A stretch of 64,000 nucleotides of DNA from a virus (Duplodnaviria > Caudoviricetes), in the IMG/VR virus record IMGVR_UViG_3300020037_009644, positions 89,448-153,447 of that record; one strand, given 5' to 3'. Shown here one piece after another: positions 1-10,425 of this stretch; position 1 is the first letter of the stretch; every line of letters begins with the position of its first letter. A model generated the notes under the pieces. It worked only from the letters and a program-made list of their open reading frames with translations. It ran no database searches and was not told the DNA's origin. The position numbers and the translations under genes were made by a program.

Positions 1-31
1 CAATAACCGAAGAAGGAAGGCGAATGGTCAT
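1..31 (-). CDS. 5' fragment of the next gene (MTIRLPSSVI...), runs off the window edge
   Basis: ATG at 31, 11 nt after the stop of the 2213-aa gene; preceded by TAT-N6 like other structural genes; only 10 codons visible. Confidence 0.45.
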   Translation of the reverse strand, partial: MTIRLPSSVI

Positions 32-42
32 GACATAATACC

Positions 43-3000
43 CTAAGAGTAGTAATTGATTTTTGCTTTAGAAACTGCTGGCTTCAAGATGTCGATCAGT
101 GTTTCCAGGATTTGTTTGACCTGGGCATTTCCGCTAACGTAGCCAAAAGAATCGATGACGTTCAATGTGAAGTTAAAAATCCCATAAGCTTCATCGTGAA
201 GAATGGCGAAATCTTTCTTTTTGACAATTTCGGTGTCAAAGTTAATGATCTTGGTTGTATACAAATCTTCGATGGCTGGCAAGACGACGTCGATATTGGA
301 GTTAAAGTTGAGGTCTTTTGATTGACCAGCAACGAGAGCTGGCGACTTTGCTATATTGCTGAATTTGACGTTATCGAAAGAGGCATAAGCCGTATGTTTT
401 CCAAGATAATCACCCCCTAAAAAGAGCTGATTGATCGAGTCGGCAAAATTGATGTCGGAGGTTAAAGGCGAATCCCCACCACGCTGACCGAAGACCAAGC
501 CTTGACCAAACTTAAAACCTTGTCCGAACTTAATGGTTCCACCCTCTTCTCCATCAATGAACATTCTGATTTGGTCTTCGTTGTCTCGATTGTTGAAATC
601 AAAAGTAACCATGATACGATGCCAAGTTTGTCGAGCCCAAGAGACATACTGGCTAATTTTAAACTCTTGATCATCAACTATAACCGAAAGGCTAATAAAA
701 CCATAAGGATCTTTGTAAATTGAAAAGCGATTTCCGGAAACACCTGTCGGAATATAAGAAATTACGACCGGAGTATTTTGATACGGCAAGGATTGCTTAA
801 GCTGAACCGTTCTTGAATCCGAACGAATCGTTGCGTCTCCGGAAATATCTTTGTCCGAGTTGGCAACTTTGATGCTGACTATTTCCGATATTCTTCCTGA
901 TGTTTTAATTGTATTTCTGGTCAAAGAAACAGTTTCTTCTACCGTTGCTCCATAAGCATCGAAATAATAACGAAGAGTCGGATCATTGGGAACGTCGTAC
1001 CGCGGGGAGATCCAAAATTCAATTGTCCCAGAATGATTTAAAGGCAAAATTCCAGCATTGTCGATAACATAAGGTTTTTCGGTAATTAACAAAGCCTTTT
1101 CGAAATTGGAGTTGACCGAAGCTGAGGTCTGAATAAAATCTCGGTCTCCGGAAATCCATAGATCGGCATCATTTTCAAGAGGAAGAGAATCAAAGTGAAG
1201 AAGAACAAGAGTATTTTTGTTCTTCTTGAAAGGAGATATCCTGATTGAATCCTCGGTAAAACTCATGCCGTCAATGGAAGCTGGCTCTCCGATGCGAACA
1301 TCTGTCATTTTTTTATTAAGAATTCTTAGCTCGTCAAGAATACCTTTAACCTGTTTATCTCCGTTCCTCGATGATCCTATAAAAATCTTTTCGTTTTCAA
1401 ATGGATCAAATGGGAGAGAGAGGTAAGAGGAATAGTCAAACTCATAAAAAGCTTCTGGAAGAAGATACGGAACAGCAATCTCTCCGGCAGTTTCCAAGGT
1501 AAAAAATCCATTGACAAAACCAGCGTTACCAAGGCTGGTGTGATAGAGCTTATATATCCCAGAAGAAAAATCAGGCGGGGTCGGAGATGATACTCTGACG
1601 GTGTGCTCGTCGATTCTTTCGACAATTGAATAGGTTCCGACGGCTGGTCCTGGAGAAGAAATGACGATGTATTGATTGAGATCAGAGTCGACAAAAGATC
1701 CGCTCGAATCTGTTAAAAGATCTCCGACGCCACTCAACGTTCCATATCCTGAAGATACCTGGGTAGAATATCTCAAAATTGGATAATCATTATTACCTTC
1801 GCTGTACATCAAAGAGTAAGCTTCTTTGATTTCAACAGAGGTAGCATTGGCTGTCGAATAATAAGGAGTGACAATAACGTCGACGTCTGAGATTGAAGAA
1901 AATTTGTTAACCGTATTCTTGATCCCAGCAGAAGAAAACAAAAGCGTCTCTGTCGTGCTTCCGTTAATTGTAACAGAAACAGGGGTTGTAAAATCGGTAT
2001 TTGACGATGTAACTCGAACTGATAGAGTTCTTCCTTGAGTTCCGTTGCTTGGCTGATAAGTTGTCAGATTATTAGCCGTAAAGACTCCTGATCCGAATGT
2101 TGCATTGTCCGGTCCGATTGGAACGAGAGGAAGGAGGACAGAATAAATGTTGACCTCGGAGAGATTGATCGGGGCGGGAAGTTGTGTTTTAATTATGCTA
2201 GACGAGCTGCCGTAAACAAACTGTCTTTCACGAATTCGACGATGATTTAATCCGAGGGTTCGAACCAAAATTGTATCGCCAACCAGAGCATCTCCGAGAA
2301 TTGTCAAAACATCTTGATTAAGAGCATTTTTGTCGATGCTATAATCTGGGAGATCTGCGCGAAGTCCAGCAAGTTCGGTCTCAACTCCATCACGGAGAAC
2401 AGAGACAACGATGTTTTTGTAAAATGCTAATTGGCTAGAAACGACTACGCTGTAAGCGTTGACGGTAAACTTAGCGTTGTCGAATGAAAGAGGAATGATT
2501 GAGCTTAAGGTTAGTTGATTTCCGGAGACAGAACTGATTGTATAGCTGCCCAAACCAAGCTCGGGAAATTCTACAAGATCTCCTCCAACAATTCCGCCGG
2601 TGGTGAAATTAACCGAGTCTGAATAAATGATGCTGGACCCAGCCGCAAGATGCATGTCGGCTCCATTGATGACATTCTTGGGAACCGTTCCAACGACATA
2701 TTCCGGTTTGATTGTTCTAAAACGATCAGAAGACGAAGAGATTGGTCGTCCGCCATATTTCAGAATGTTGGGGACCTCGAACCCGTCAACGAAGAGATGC
2801 ATTTCGTCACGCAGATCTGAGGAAGAGAGCTTCCAAGAAATTCCGATATGATGCTTTTCTCCAGCTAACCAATCAGAGACGTCTTTGCTAATTTGACGAA
2901 GAGCTCCTTGGTTATCATAAATTGAGAAACAAAGATACCCAGAGCCATCTTTGAAAAGAGAAATTCTGTTTTTGTTGTTTTCTTTTCCAAAGTCAAAAAT

Positions 3001-6000
3001 GTAGTGAAGATCATCGGCAAGAAATGAGAAACCGTCAAAAGAATATCCAGGAGAATATCCATCGAGCGGGTGGTACCCATCAATCGCTAGATAATCTGTA
3101 TATCCATCCGGGGCAATTCCATCGTAGCCATCGATGTTGAGAATAAAATCAATAGAAGATGTTCCTGATCGAAGAACGTCGAGCATCTCATTGAGACCTG
3201 GGATATATTTGACGTTGTAAACGTCTCCAGAAGAAGAAACTTTGCCAGAATAAACGTGACCATTTAAAGAGTCGACTTCATCTTTGACATACAATTTCCA
3301 GCTATTAACGTCGACGTCGTAATAAATGAAGACGCCATAAAGAGCGGTGTAAATTGCCGAAGGGACGCCGGAGGAAAGATCTTTTGTCAAATCGAAAGTG
3401 TTATTTATTGAATACTCTGGATTGGTTGACTCCGCTCCAATAAAGATATTAGAAGATGGGATTGTGCTTCCATCTCGCAAAAGATTTGAGAAAGTTAATG
3501 TTGCGTCGTTATCTAAGCCATTCCAATCTGGGATAATCCACGTTTCCAGGGATCCCTCTTCGAGACGAAGATTAGAGGAAGCTGCAAGAGAGACGGTTTG
3601 ATTTGATTCAGAAATATTAAGCCCGGAATTATATTTTCCAGATTGAAGTATAAGATCTCTGGTGGTCTCGATGGGATTGAAGCTGAGGTAGCTATAATTA
3701 AGTACCCAATGTTCAAAAATTGCCTCGATAAGCTCGGGCTCGATGTGAGTGATATTCTTGACCAAATTTTTTATCGAAGGAATTGTCGGTCCTTTGGTAA
3801 AACTCTGCAAAGCTCCCATCAGGGCGTCGCGATATCTTTCACGGGGAAGTTGGGGGTCAAAGTTATTGAGAATTGGGATATTGACAAGAGAGCCAAAGTT
3901 TCTCAACAAGCCGTCTCGAAGAGCGCCTATTTTATAGGAAACATAGTAATCCGTCCCTATGTCCAAAGAACGAAGAGCTTGATTAAATTGAATACAGTTG
4001 TCTCCAAATTCGTAGGAGATTAAAATTTGGTCAGTAACATAGGAGTAATCAATCAGAAGGTCACCCTTGCTATAATCGACGACGGGTGTTCCAGCACCCG
4101 TCATTTGAAATGAATAATGAACGATGACCGAATCCCCGGGAGCAGGAGAGCCAGTCAGCCCAGATAAAGTAATTGTATAGCCAGAATATGAACCGTAACC
4201 ATCCCAAAGCTCAACGTTGTCTGAGGTTCTGACAACGGAAGAAACTCCCGCAAGCTCAATGCCGTCACCGAGGTCTGTCAATTCGATATTCAATGGGCTC
4301 AAGATTATCTCTTGACTTTCCAAATTGATTGGAGACAAAGAGATGACGTTGGCAGAAAATGTTGCATTTTCTCCGAAGTCAAGAGGGGAGGTTGAGTTTG
4401 TTAAATTGAAGTGATCGAAGACTCCATGAATAGAAAAGACATCAGAGGTTACCGAAATTGTTTGATTGTCAACAATGTATGGAAGAGATGTATCTCCATT
4501 AAGAAATCTTTCATCCGATCTATTAAAGACGGATTGAGTCACCTCCTCATTGGTAAACTCTGAATATTCAATCGGAATAATGGTCGATGAATTGAGAGAA
4601 TAATAAAGCTGATTAACTCCATAGATTTGGGAAAAGTTGGTAGTTATCGTTCCTTTTTTGTAACTGATCGACCCGAGATCGTAATCGGCATCGTTGCTGA
4701 TGGCAACGTAAATTATTCCATCTGAATAATTAATCAAATATTGCCCAATTGAGGCGAGGCGATTGATATTTTGGTCTTCGGTTTCGGTTTGTCCGTCAAA
4801 GTATATCTCGGTCTCAAAAATATCGGTGTTCGAAAAATAACACGAGCTATTAAAAGAAGAGCCGATTGATTCTTCGGTTGATCCTTGAATGTAAGAGTTA
4901 TTGAGAAAAGCTTTGAATACCCTAATCGAACTGGCATTAACAACCTCTTCGGTCACCAAAATTGTTTCGTTGGTCACCTGGGAATATGAAGCCCTCTCTT
5001 GCAGTTGGGTCGTTACTGTCGGGGGATTGTTGCCGGTAAAAAAGACCTTGTTCCCGCGCCAACCATCAATGCGATAAATTTCTCCGGATGTTTCGTTGTA
5101 AATTCTGAAGACGTCGGTAACCGGACCGTTGGAAACTTGAAGCGAATTGGTTGAAGAAATTTTATTCCCAACACGTTCGTTAAGAACCTCGGTGTGAATT
5201 TGAGGAACGTAATCGACTCCAGAGACGAGGACTCTTTCATAATCAAAGGTAATCGAAGCCTCTTCTCCTTCGAGATCACGCAAGGGAGATCGAACGAGTT
5301 CTTGAGAGCTTGAATCGTAGGTGTAATCTAGATTTTCGGAAAAATATTTACGATAGAAATAACTCGCTGCCGGAGGGAAGTTACCGGTGCCATTGTTTTG
5401 TGTTTCGCCGTAGACAAAAACCGTCCCGGTCGAATAGTCAATTGAGAATTCTCCAGGAAAAGAAGGAAGACCATCAATTCTAAAAGCAATTTCTTTTACA
5501 AAAGCTGGGTGGGCTTCAGAAAATGGTGGATCGGCTAGCGGGTCTAGAAAAGAGACACCATCGGAAGAAACTTCGACATCATTTTGATCGACAACTGGAT
5601 AGTGTCGAAGAGAAAATTTGGTTAAAATTGGAGGTGTTACTTCGCGGATGATCTCAAGAACCTGAGACACTTCGACAGAATCTGGATCGATTAGTTTGCC
5701 AAGGTTTTTATATTCGTAGTCGATGTAGATGAGGTCTCCAGGTCGTGGGATTGCAAAATCTGAATCTTCAAGGACCGCGCCGGAGAGACGAATTTGATTC
5801 AGCTCCAGCGTCTGATAAACAGAGGCTAGATCTGGATCGTATCGATCTGTTTTTAACTGATAGCCGTATTGAGCTGGGTCATAGTTAAAAGAGTTTCCAT
5901 TACCATAAACGATTAAAATTCTAGAAACTTTGATAACCTGAGAATATTTAACGGAAAGGATCAATCCCTCGAAAGTGCCTCCGGAATCAGTTAATCCGCC

Positions 6001-6684
6001 AGAAATTAACAATTCATTATCAATTGAAGACGCCTGGAGAGAAACTGGATAGCTAGGAAAGGAATCAAAGGATTTAAAGTCTGAAATTTTCTTGCCATCT
6101 AGAGATGTAGAAACTCGAATAATTTCATAAGCCCCCTCTTCATTCAACCGATCCCAAGGACCAGCCGATCTTGTTTTCTTTTCATTTTCAACAACCAGGG
6201 AGAGGTAATTGTCATTTTTAAGCTGTTGAATATCGTAAGAAGCTCGGGCGATTTCTGTTGCTTGAGAGTTGAGAATGTCGTTGATCAGCGGATCTCCCAA
6301 GTTGTAAATATTGTCTTGCAAATATTGAGAGAGAGATTTTTTAACTTCATTTTCTGGATCGATTGGTCCAAAAATTAGCTTGGAATTATTTATTCCATCT
6401 TCTAAAAGAAAGGCAACTCCATTTTTTGATTTGAAGCGGACAGAATCGGTAGATTGAAAAATGACATTGTAAGCTGCCGAAGGAACCAACGATTGACAGG
6501 TTATTCTGAGAAATTGATCCTTAATCGATGTTTTTAATGGAAGAGAGCTTGTAATTCCAGAATTATCGTTTGCTTCGATAGCGATGTTTCCCGTTCCAAT
6601 CAAAGAATCCAAGGGATAATTAAATTGAACCAAAATCTGAACGCTAGATATAGCTTGAATAGAAATAATACGAAGAATAGCCAT
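43..6684 (-). CDS. Giant baseplate wedge/peripheral baseplate protein with LamG/concanavalin-like domains (2213 aa)
   Basis: Follows the baseplate J-like gene; wedge-like segment 'ERYRDALMGALQSFTKGPTIPSIKNLV'; LamG-like motifs (GSLETWIIPDW, HHIGISW...MHLFVDG, KGILDELRILN, WHRIMVT...RMFIDG). Confidence 0.65.
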   Translation of the reverse strand: MAILRIISIQAISSVQILVQFNYPLDSLIGTGNIAIEANDNSGITSSLPLKTSIKDQFLRITCQSLVPSAAYNVIFQSTDSVRFKSKNGVAFLLEDGINNSKLIFGPIDPENEVKKSLSQYLQDNIYNLGDPLINDILNSQATEIARASYDIQQLKNDNYLSLVVENEKKTRSAGPWDRLNEEGAYEIIRVSTSLDGKKISDFKSFDSFPSYPVSLQASSIDNELLISGGLTDSGGTFEGLILSVKYSQVIKVSRILIVYGNGNSFNYDPAQYGYQLKTDRYDPDLASVYQTLELNQIRLSGAVLEDSDFAIPRPGDLIYIDYEYKNLGKLIDPDSVEVSQVLEIIREVTPPILTKFSLRHYPVVDQNDVEVSSDGVSFLDPLADPPFSEAHPAFVKEIAFRIDGLPSFPGEFSIDYSTGTVFVYGETQNNGTGNFPPAASYFYRKYFSENLDYTYDSSSQELVRSPLRDLEGEEASITFDYERVLVSGVDYVPQIHTEVLNERVGNKISSTNSLQVSNGPVTDVFRIYNETSGEIYRIDGWRGNKVFFTGNNPPTVTTQLQERASYSQVTNETILVTEEVVNASSIRVFKAFLNNSYIQGSTEESIGSSFNSSCYFSNTDIFETEIYFDGQTETEDQNINRLASIGQYLINYSDGIIYVAISNDADYDLGSISYKKGTITTNFSQIYGVNQLYYSLNSSTIIPIEYSEFTNEEVTQSVFNRSDERFLNGDTSLPYIVDNQTISVTSDVFSIHGVFDHFNLTNSTSPLDFGENATFSANVISLSPINLESQEIILSPLNIELTDLGDGIELAGVSSVVRTSDNVELWDGYGSYSGYTITLSGLTGSPAPGDSVIVHYSFQMTGAGTPVVDYSKGDLLIDYSYVTDQILISYEFGDNCIQFNQALRSLDIGTDYYVSYKIGALRDGLLRNFGSLVNIPILNNFDPQLPRERYRDALMGALQSFTKGPTIPSIKNLVKNITHIEPELIEAIFEHWVLNYSYLSFNPIETTRDLILQSGKYNSGLNISESNQTVSLAASSNLRLEEGSLETWIIPDWNGLDNDATLTFSNLLRDGSTIPSSNIFIGAESTNPEYSINNTFDLTKDLSSGVPSAIYTALYGVFIYYDVDVNSWKLYVKDEVDSLNGHVYSGKVSSSGDVYNVKYIPGLNEMLDVLRSGTSSIDFILNIDGYDGIAPDGYTDYLAIDGYHPLDGYSPGYSFDGFSFLADDLHYIFDFGKENNKNRISLFKDGSGYLCFSIYDNQGALRQISKDVSDWLAGEKHHIGISWKLSSSDLRDEMHLFVDGFEVPNILKYGGRPISSSSDRFRTIKPEYVVGTVPKNVINGADMHLAAGSSIIYSDSVNFTTGGIVGGDLVEFPELGLGSYTISSVSGNQLTLSSIIPLSFDNAKFTVNAYSVVVSSQLAFYKNIVVSVLRDGVETELAGLRADLPDYSIDKNALNQDVLTILGDALVGDTILVRTLGLNHRRIRERQFVYGSSSSIIKTQLPAPINLSEVNIYSVLLPLVPIGPDNATFGSGVFTANNLTTYQPSNGTQGRTLSVRVTSSNTDFTTPVSVTINGSTTETLLFSSAGIKNTVNKFSSISDVDVIVTPYYSTANATSVEIKEAYSLMYSEGNNDYPILRYSTQVSSGYGTLSGVGDLLTDSSGSFVDSDLNQYIVISSPGPAVGTYSIVERIDEHTVRVSSPTPPDFSSGIYKLYHTSLGNAGFVNGFFTLETAGEIAVPYLLPEAFYEFDYSSYLSLPFDPFENEKIFIGSSRNGDKQVKGILDELRILNKKMTDVRIGEPASIDGMSFTEDSIRISPFKKNKNTLVLLHFDSLPLENDADLWISGDRDFIQTSASVNSNFEKALLITEKPYVIDNAGILPLNHSGTIEFWISPRYDVPNDPTLRYYFDAYGATVEETVSLTRNTIKTSGRISEIVSIKVANSDKDISGDATIRSDSRTVQLKQSLPYQNTPVVISYIPTGVSGNRFSIYKDPYGFISLSVIVDDQEFKISQYVSWARQTWHRIMVTFDFNNRDNEDQIRMFIDGEEGGTIKFGQGFKFGQGLVFGQRGGDSPLTSDINFADSINQLFLGGDYLGKHTAYASFDNVKFSNIAKSPALVAGQSKDLNFNSNIDVVLPAIEDLYTTKIINFDTEIVKKKDFAILHDEAYGIFNFTLNVIDSFGYVSGNAQVKQILETLIDILKPAVSKAKINYYS

Positions 6685-6715
6685 AATTAGATGCGATCTT
6701 TAGGAGAGAATTTAA

Positions 6716-9700
6716 TTATCGTGATTCAATATAGACCAAGACATTATTGGCTGCTATTGATTGATCTTTTCGAACAGAGATGCTGAGAACTGATCCGACC
6801 GAACCGTTGACGTTAAAATAGGTAGTTCGAACACGATCGACGCCATTGACCGAGTAAGAAACGTTTTCAAGATCGGAAGAATCGACGGTTGCCCCGAGAG
6901 TTCTAACGTTAAGCGCAGAAGAAACAGCGTCGATGACATTTTGACGGACGGTTGCCGAAGAGTTGATCATTTCTGGAGTCACAATAATATACAATGTCAC
7001 GTCGACCAGAATTACTGTATCTTCTTTGACTATAACGTCGGCGTTGACCGGTCGGACATCTTCGATTAGTAATGTTGAGTCCGAAATCATTTTATTGTAG
7101 TTGAAGGTAACCGTAATTCTTTCGTTGACCTTGGGGGCGAGATAATCGTAGTAAGTTTTATATCTTGATTTGGTAACCGGTTGATTGAAATTAGATATTG
7201 TTAAGATGGCTCCCGCAGAGGTGCTTGAGGTAAATCCGCTTGAAATTGCGATAGTGTCAACTAAAAGATAAGTTTTATTGGTAACTTGTGTGCCAGATTT
7301 TGTAAAAGAGATGAGTTCGGTATCCGAAGAGGTCGTCAGATAAAAACGAACTCGAAGCCGATCTCCAATTTGTGGTAAATTATCGTTGTTATCTACGGTA
7401 TCTGGAAGAGAGACTTGCATTCTAGTAAGAGAAAGATCAACGATCGCCTCATCTTTGACGAAAGAATTATCAAGAATTTTGTAACCCAGGATATCGTAAT
7501 CATGAACAATATTCAAAACGTTTAGATTGTTATCGGTCGTGACTTTTTCCATTTTAACCAGACGACCAATCTTAACGTTAGACGAGATTGAGGCAATCGA
7601 AGAGAGTTTCAAAAACTTCCTTGCTGCCGAGGAAAGATCTTGAGTCAAACCGTTAGCAGAGGCTGTAAAAACGATATCTTCGGCATAGGAGATTGAGGTT
7701 CCGGTTACCGCAAAGATTCCGCCAGACTCGGTGATCGAGTTTAATCCGCTGAGATTTAATGACAGCTTGCTGGGAGCCATTCTTAAATTTTGAACAATTG
7801 AGTCTTCTGAAAAAAGATGCGACGTCGGCTGATTGCCAACTTGCGAAGAAGAATTGGTCGCAAAATAATTACCAGATCGAAGAGCCGGCAGGTTGGAAAG
7901 AAGAGTTGCCGGAAGAAGAGAGCTGACGTTGGCAAAATAGTTAACTTCGACCACGGTTCCAAAGACGGCTGTCGACGATGGTGTTACCGAGATGACGTTA
8001 GAATTAAAATTCCCGGGGGAATCTGTATTGTAGACATCCTCGGCATTGTAAAAAACAGTCACCCCGTCTCCAACCTGAGCGATGGTGTCGGTTGGAAGAT
8101 AGATAGCCAGCCCGTTGAAATTTCCGTCGTTGTTGATCGTGTTCCAAAGCTCCGCTCCATCAGAAGATCTTTTGATCGAGATGACGTTGGTAACAGCCGA
8201 AGCAACGACACAAGAAATTCTCGATGAAAGAATGGTTATGGTACTCGCTTCTTCCAAAAAGACGTTGACCGAGACGACGGCGGAAATTGGGTGGGTAACC
8301 GTTGCCGTTAAATAGCTTCCGGACGTTGCCAAAGAACTTTCCTCTCGACGAACGGCGTTAGAGTATCCCCAATCCAAAGAGTCGGTAACACTTCTAATAT
8401 TGAAAGAATATTCTTTGTTATCAAAGTCGAAGTAGGGATCGTAGCTATAAACCCAGGTATAATCTACCTGAAGTTTATCGGAAACAGCCGGGAGAGTAGA
8501 TCCGGTAATCAGTATTCTTCCGGTTAGATTGATACTGCCCGAGCCGTCCGGATTTTGATTAGAAACAACATATCTTTCTCCGGTGGTAACGTTGAAGACC
8601 CGGGTAACTGACGCAGAGGGGAAGTGTTTAAGCTGAATAGATGTTCTATTGGCTGGAGAGACGGTTGAGTTCTCGTTGGTTACGGCAATGTTCTGAATAA
8701 CCTTGCCAATTTTAGAAACATCTGAGTAGGTTAAAGTATCTTGACCGTTAAATGAGATCTTGGACTTATCTTCTGGAAAATCGGAAATGTGATCGTTGAT
8801 CCAGGTCAACTTGTCAAAACCCCAGGGAGACCCTTTGTAAGCTCCGGTATCTTTGACAAGTTTGTAATTTCCGGAGACGCGACCGAGAGAATCAATAGAA
8901 TACGGCTTGAAATTAGCTCCGGATCCTGAACCGACAACGGAGACCAAGTTATTAACCGGTTGAGCTGGAAGAGTTTTATTTTCGAGATTAGAAATTCTTT
9001 TTAAGGTAACCGTTTTATTGGAGTCGCCAGCAATTTGACCAAGAACAAAATCATTGGCAGAATTTGTTGGATCGTCTTTATTGGATTTGTCCTGATAGAT
9101 AAAGGTGTCAACAGATTCCTGCAATCTTCTTCCAAAAACAACGATATCAGCTTTTCCGCCTGTTCCTTCTGAAAGAATTGTTGGGGTTTCAGTTATCTTG
9201 GTAACCGTCGAGACCTGAGTTCCGTCTCGGGTCATCAATGGATCTCCCGGCGTAATAACGACCGATGTAATTACTCCGGGATCATTCTCAACGGTGTTTT
9301 TGTATCCGAGGGCTGTTCCGGTATTGGCTCCTGAGAAAATGGCGAGAAGCCTATTCTTAAACGAAGCATCCGATTCGGCATTTTTACCACCGCCAAAAGG
9401 TTTGACGTTGGTAATATGAGCAATCCCAGCAATTGTCGTCGAAGACAGGTTGTACTTCGAAATGTTAGCCTGTTCTCCGGGGGAAGTGGCTTCGGTGAGA
9501 ATTTCGACGGCGTAGGTGTCTGAATTGTTGAGGTAGTCGAGGTCGGCTCGGTACTTTGCGACCGTGGCTTTGTAAGAACTTTCGAGAACCGGAGAGATGA
9601 CCAGGTTGTTGACGGCGGAGAATGTTGCCCCATTTCTAGCAGAGAAAAGATCGCCCTTACGAACTCCAAGATCAGCTTCCAAAGAATTGAAGGTCAGTAA

Positions 9701-9970
9701 TGCTGCTCCAGTTGCTTTGGCTCCTCGCTGACGGAGGGCTCCGATGTTAGTTGCCCACTTGTCAATGTCTGAACCGATGGAAAGTCGAAGAGACTGTTTT
9801 CTCGAGTTATCGTTGATGACCGAATAGAGTTTCTGCAACTCATAAGAAACTCCTTCGACGAAGAGATCTCGCGAGACAGCTCCCGGCTGCAACGTCAGAA
9901 GTGGCTGATGTTGTTTAAAATATGAAAGAAGTCCTTGGACTATGTCTGAATAAGAGCGAATTTTAGCCAT
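6716..9970 (-). CDS. Baseplate J/gp6-like wedge protein (1084 aa)
   Basis: Baseplate-J hallmarks: 'DIDKWATNIGALRQRGAKATG', 'EATSPGEQANI', 'GGKNAESDASFKNRL', C-terminal 'SVNGVDRV'; follows the gp25-like gene. Confidence 0.85.
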   Translation of the reverse strand: MAKIRSYSDIVQGLLSYFKQHQPLLTLQPGAVSRDLFVEGVSYELQKLYSVINDNSRKQSLRLSIGSDIDKWATNIGALRQRGAKATGAALLTFNSLEADLGVRKGDLFSARNGATFSAVNNLVISPVLESSYKATVAKYRADLDYLNNSDTYAVEILTEATSPGEQANISKYNLSSTTIAGIAHITNVKPFGGGKNAESDASFKNRLLAIFSGANTGTALGYKNTVENDPGVITSVVITPGDPLMTRDGTQVSTVTKITETPTILSEGTGGKADIVVFGRRLQESVDTFIYQDKSNKDDPTNSANDFVLGQIAGDSNKTVTLKRISNLENKTLPAQPVNNLVSVVGSGSGANFKPYSIDSLGRVSGNYKLVKDTGAYKGSPWGFDKLTWINDHISDFPEDKSKISFNGQDTLTYSDVSKIGKVIQNIAVTNENSTVSPANRTSIQLKHFPSASVTRVFNVTTGERYVVSNQNPDGSGSINLTGRILITGSTLPAVSDKLQVDYTWVYSYDPYFDFDNKEYSFNIRSVTDSLDWGYSNAVRREESSLATSGSYLTATVTHPISAVVSVNVFLEEASTITILSSRISCVVASAVTNVISIKRSSDGAELWNTINNDGNFNGLAIYLPTDTIAQVGDGVTVFYNAEDVYNTDSPGNFNSNVISVTPSSTAVFGTVVEVNYFANVSSLLPATLLSNLPALRSGNYFATNSSSQVGNQPTSHLFSEDSIVQNLRMAPSKLSLNLSGLNSITESGGIFAVTGTSISYAEDIVFTASANGLTQDLSSAARKFLKLSSIASISSNVKIGRLVKMEKVTTDNNLNVLNIVHDYDILGYKILDNSFVKDEAIVDLSLTRMQVSLPDTVDNNDNLPQIGDRLRVRFYLTTSSDTELISFTKSGTQVTNKTYLLVDTIAISSGFTSSTSAGAILTISNFNQPVTKSRYKTYYDYLAPKVNERITVTFNYNKMISDSTLLIEDVRPVNADVIVKEDTVILVDVTLYIIVTPEMINSSATVRQNVIDAVSSALNVRTLGATVDSSDLENVSYSVNGVDRVRTTYFNVNGSVGSVLSISVRKDQSIAANNVLVYIESR

Positions 9971-9999
9971 TTCAGTTAAATAAGAAAATAGTGGTTGAA

Positions 10000-10425
10000 T
10001 TATTCAACGTTAACCACCGTATCTGTGGTCTGAAGAGCTTTGTTGGCAATCGAAATCATAGCTTGTAAAAACCTGGGATCGAGTGAGTTTTCGTTGACGA
10101 TGACCGTTCGAATAGCAGCAAGCTGCTCTTGAGGTGAAAGAACCTGATTTTTCTCTTGTTCAGACTGAATTTTTTGAAGGGTTTGTAGGGCAGATCGGAT
10201 TTGAGACTCCGCCATGGTTGCTCTAAATGTAAAATCAAGAAGAGACCCTACTACCGCGATAGCATTACATCCGTACCAAGGAAAAAATCGATTGGCTCCC
10301 AAGGGCGTCGAGACAATCTTATGAATATCTTGGATTAATTTATCAACATCGGAGACGGTAGATAAATCTCCGGCTGTTTCTTTGATAACAAGTGTTCCTT
10401 GACTTACCCTAAGATCGAAGCTCAT
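10000..10425 (-). CDS. gp25-like baseplate wedge/sheath initiator (141 aa)
   Basis: Size, 'IHKIVSTPLGANRFFPWYG' (TPxG...PxYG motif), position before baseplate J. Confidence 0.8.
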   Translation of the reverse strand: MSFDLRVSQGTLVIKETAGDLSTVSDVDKLIQDIHKIVSTPLGANRFFPWYGCNAIAVVGSLLDFTFRATMAESQIRSALQTLQKIQSEQEKNQVLSPQEQLAAIRTVIVNENSLDPRFLQAMISIANKALQTTDTVVNVE

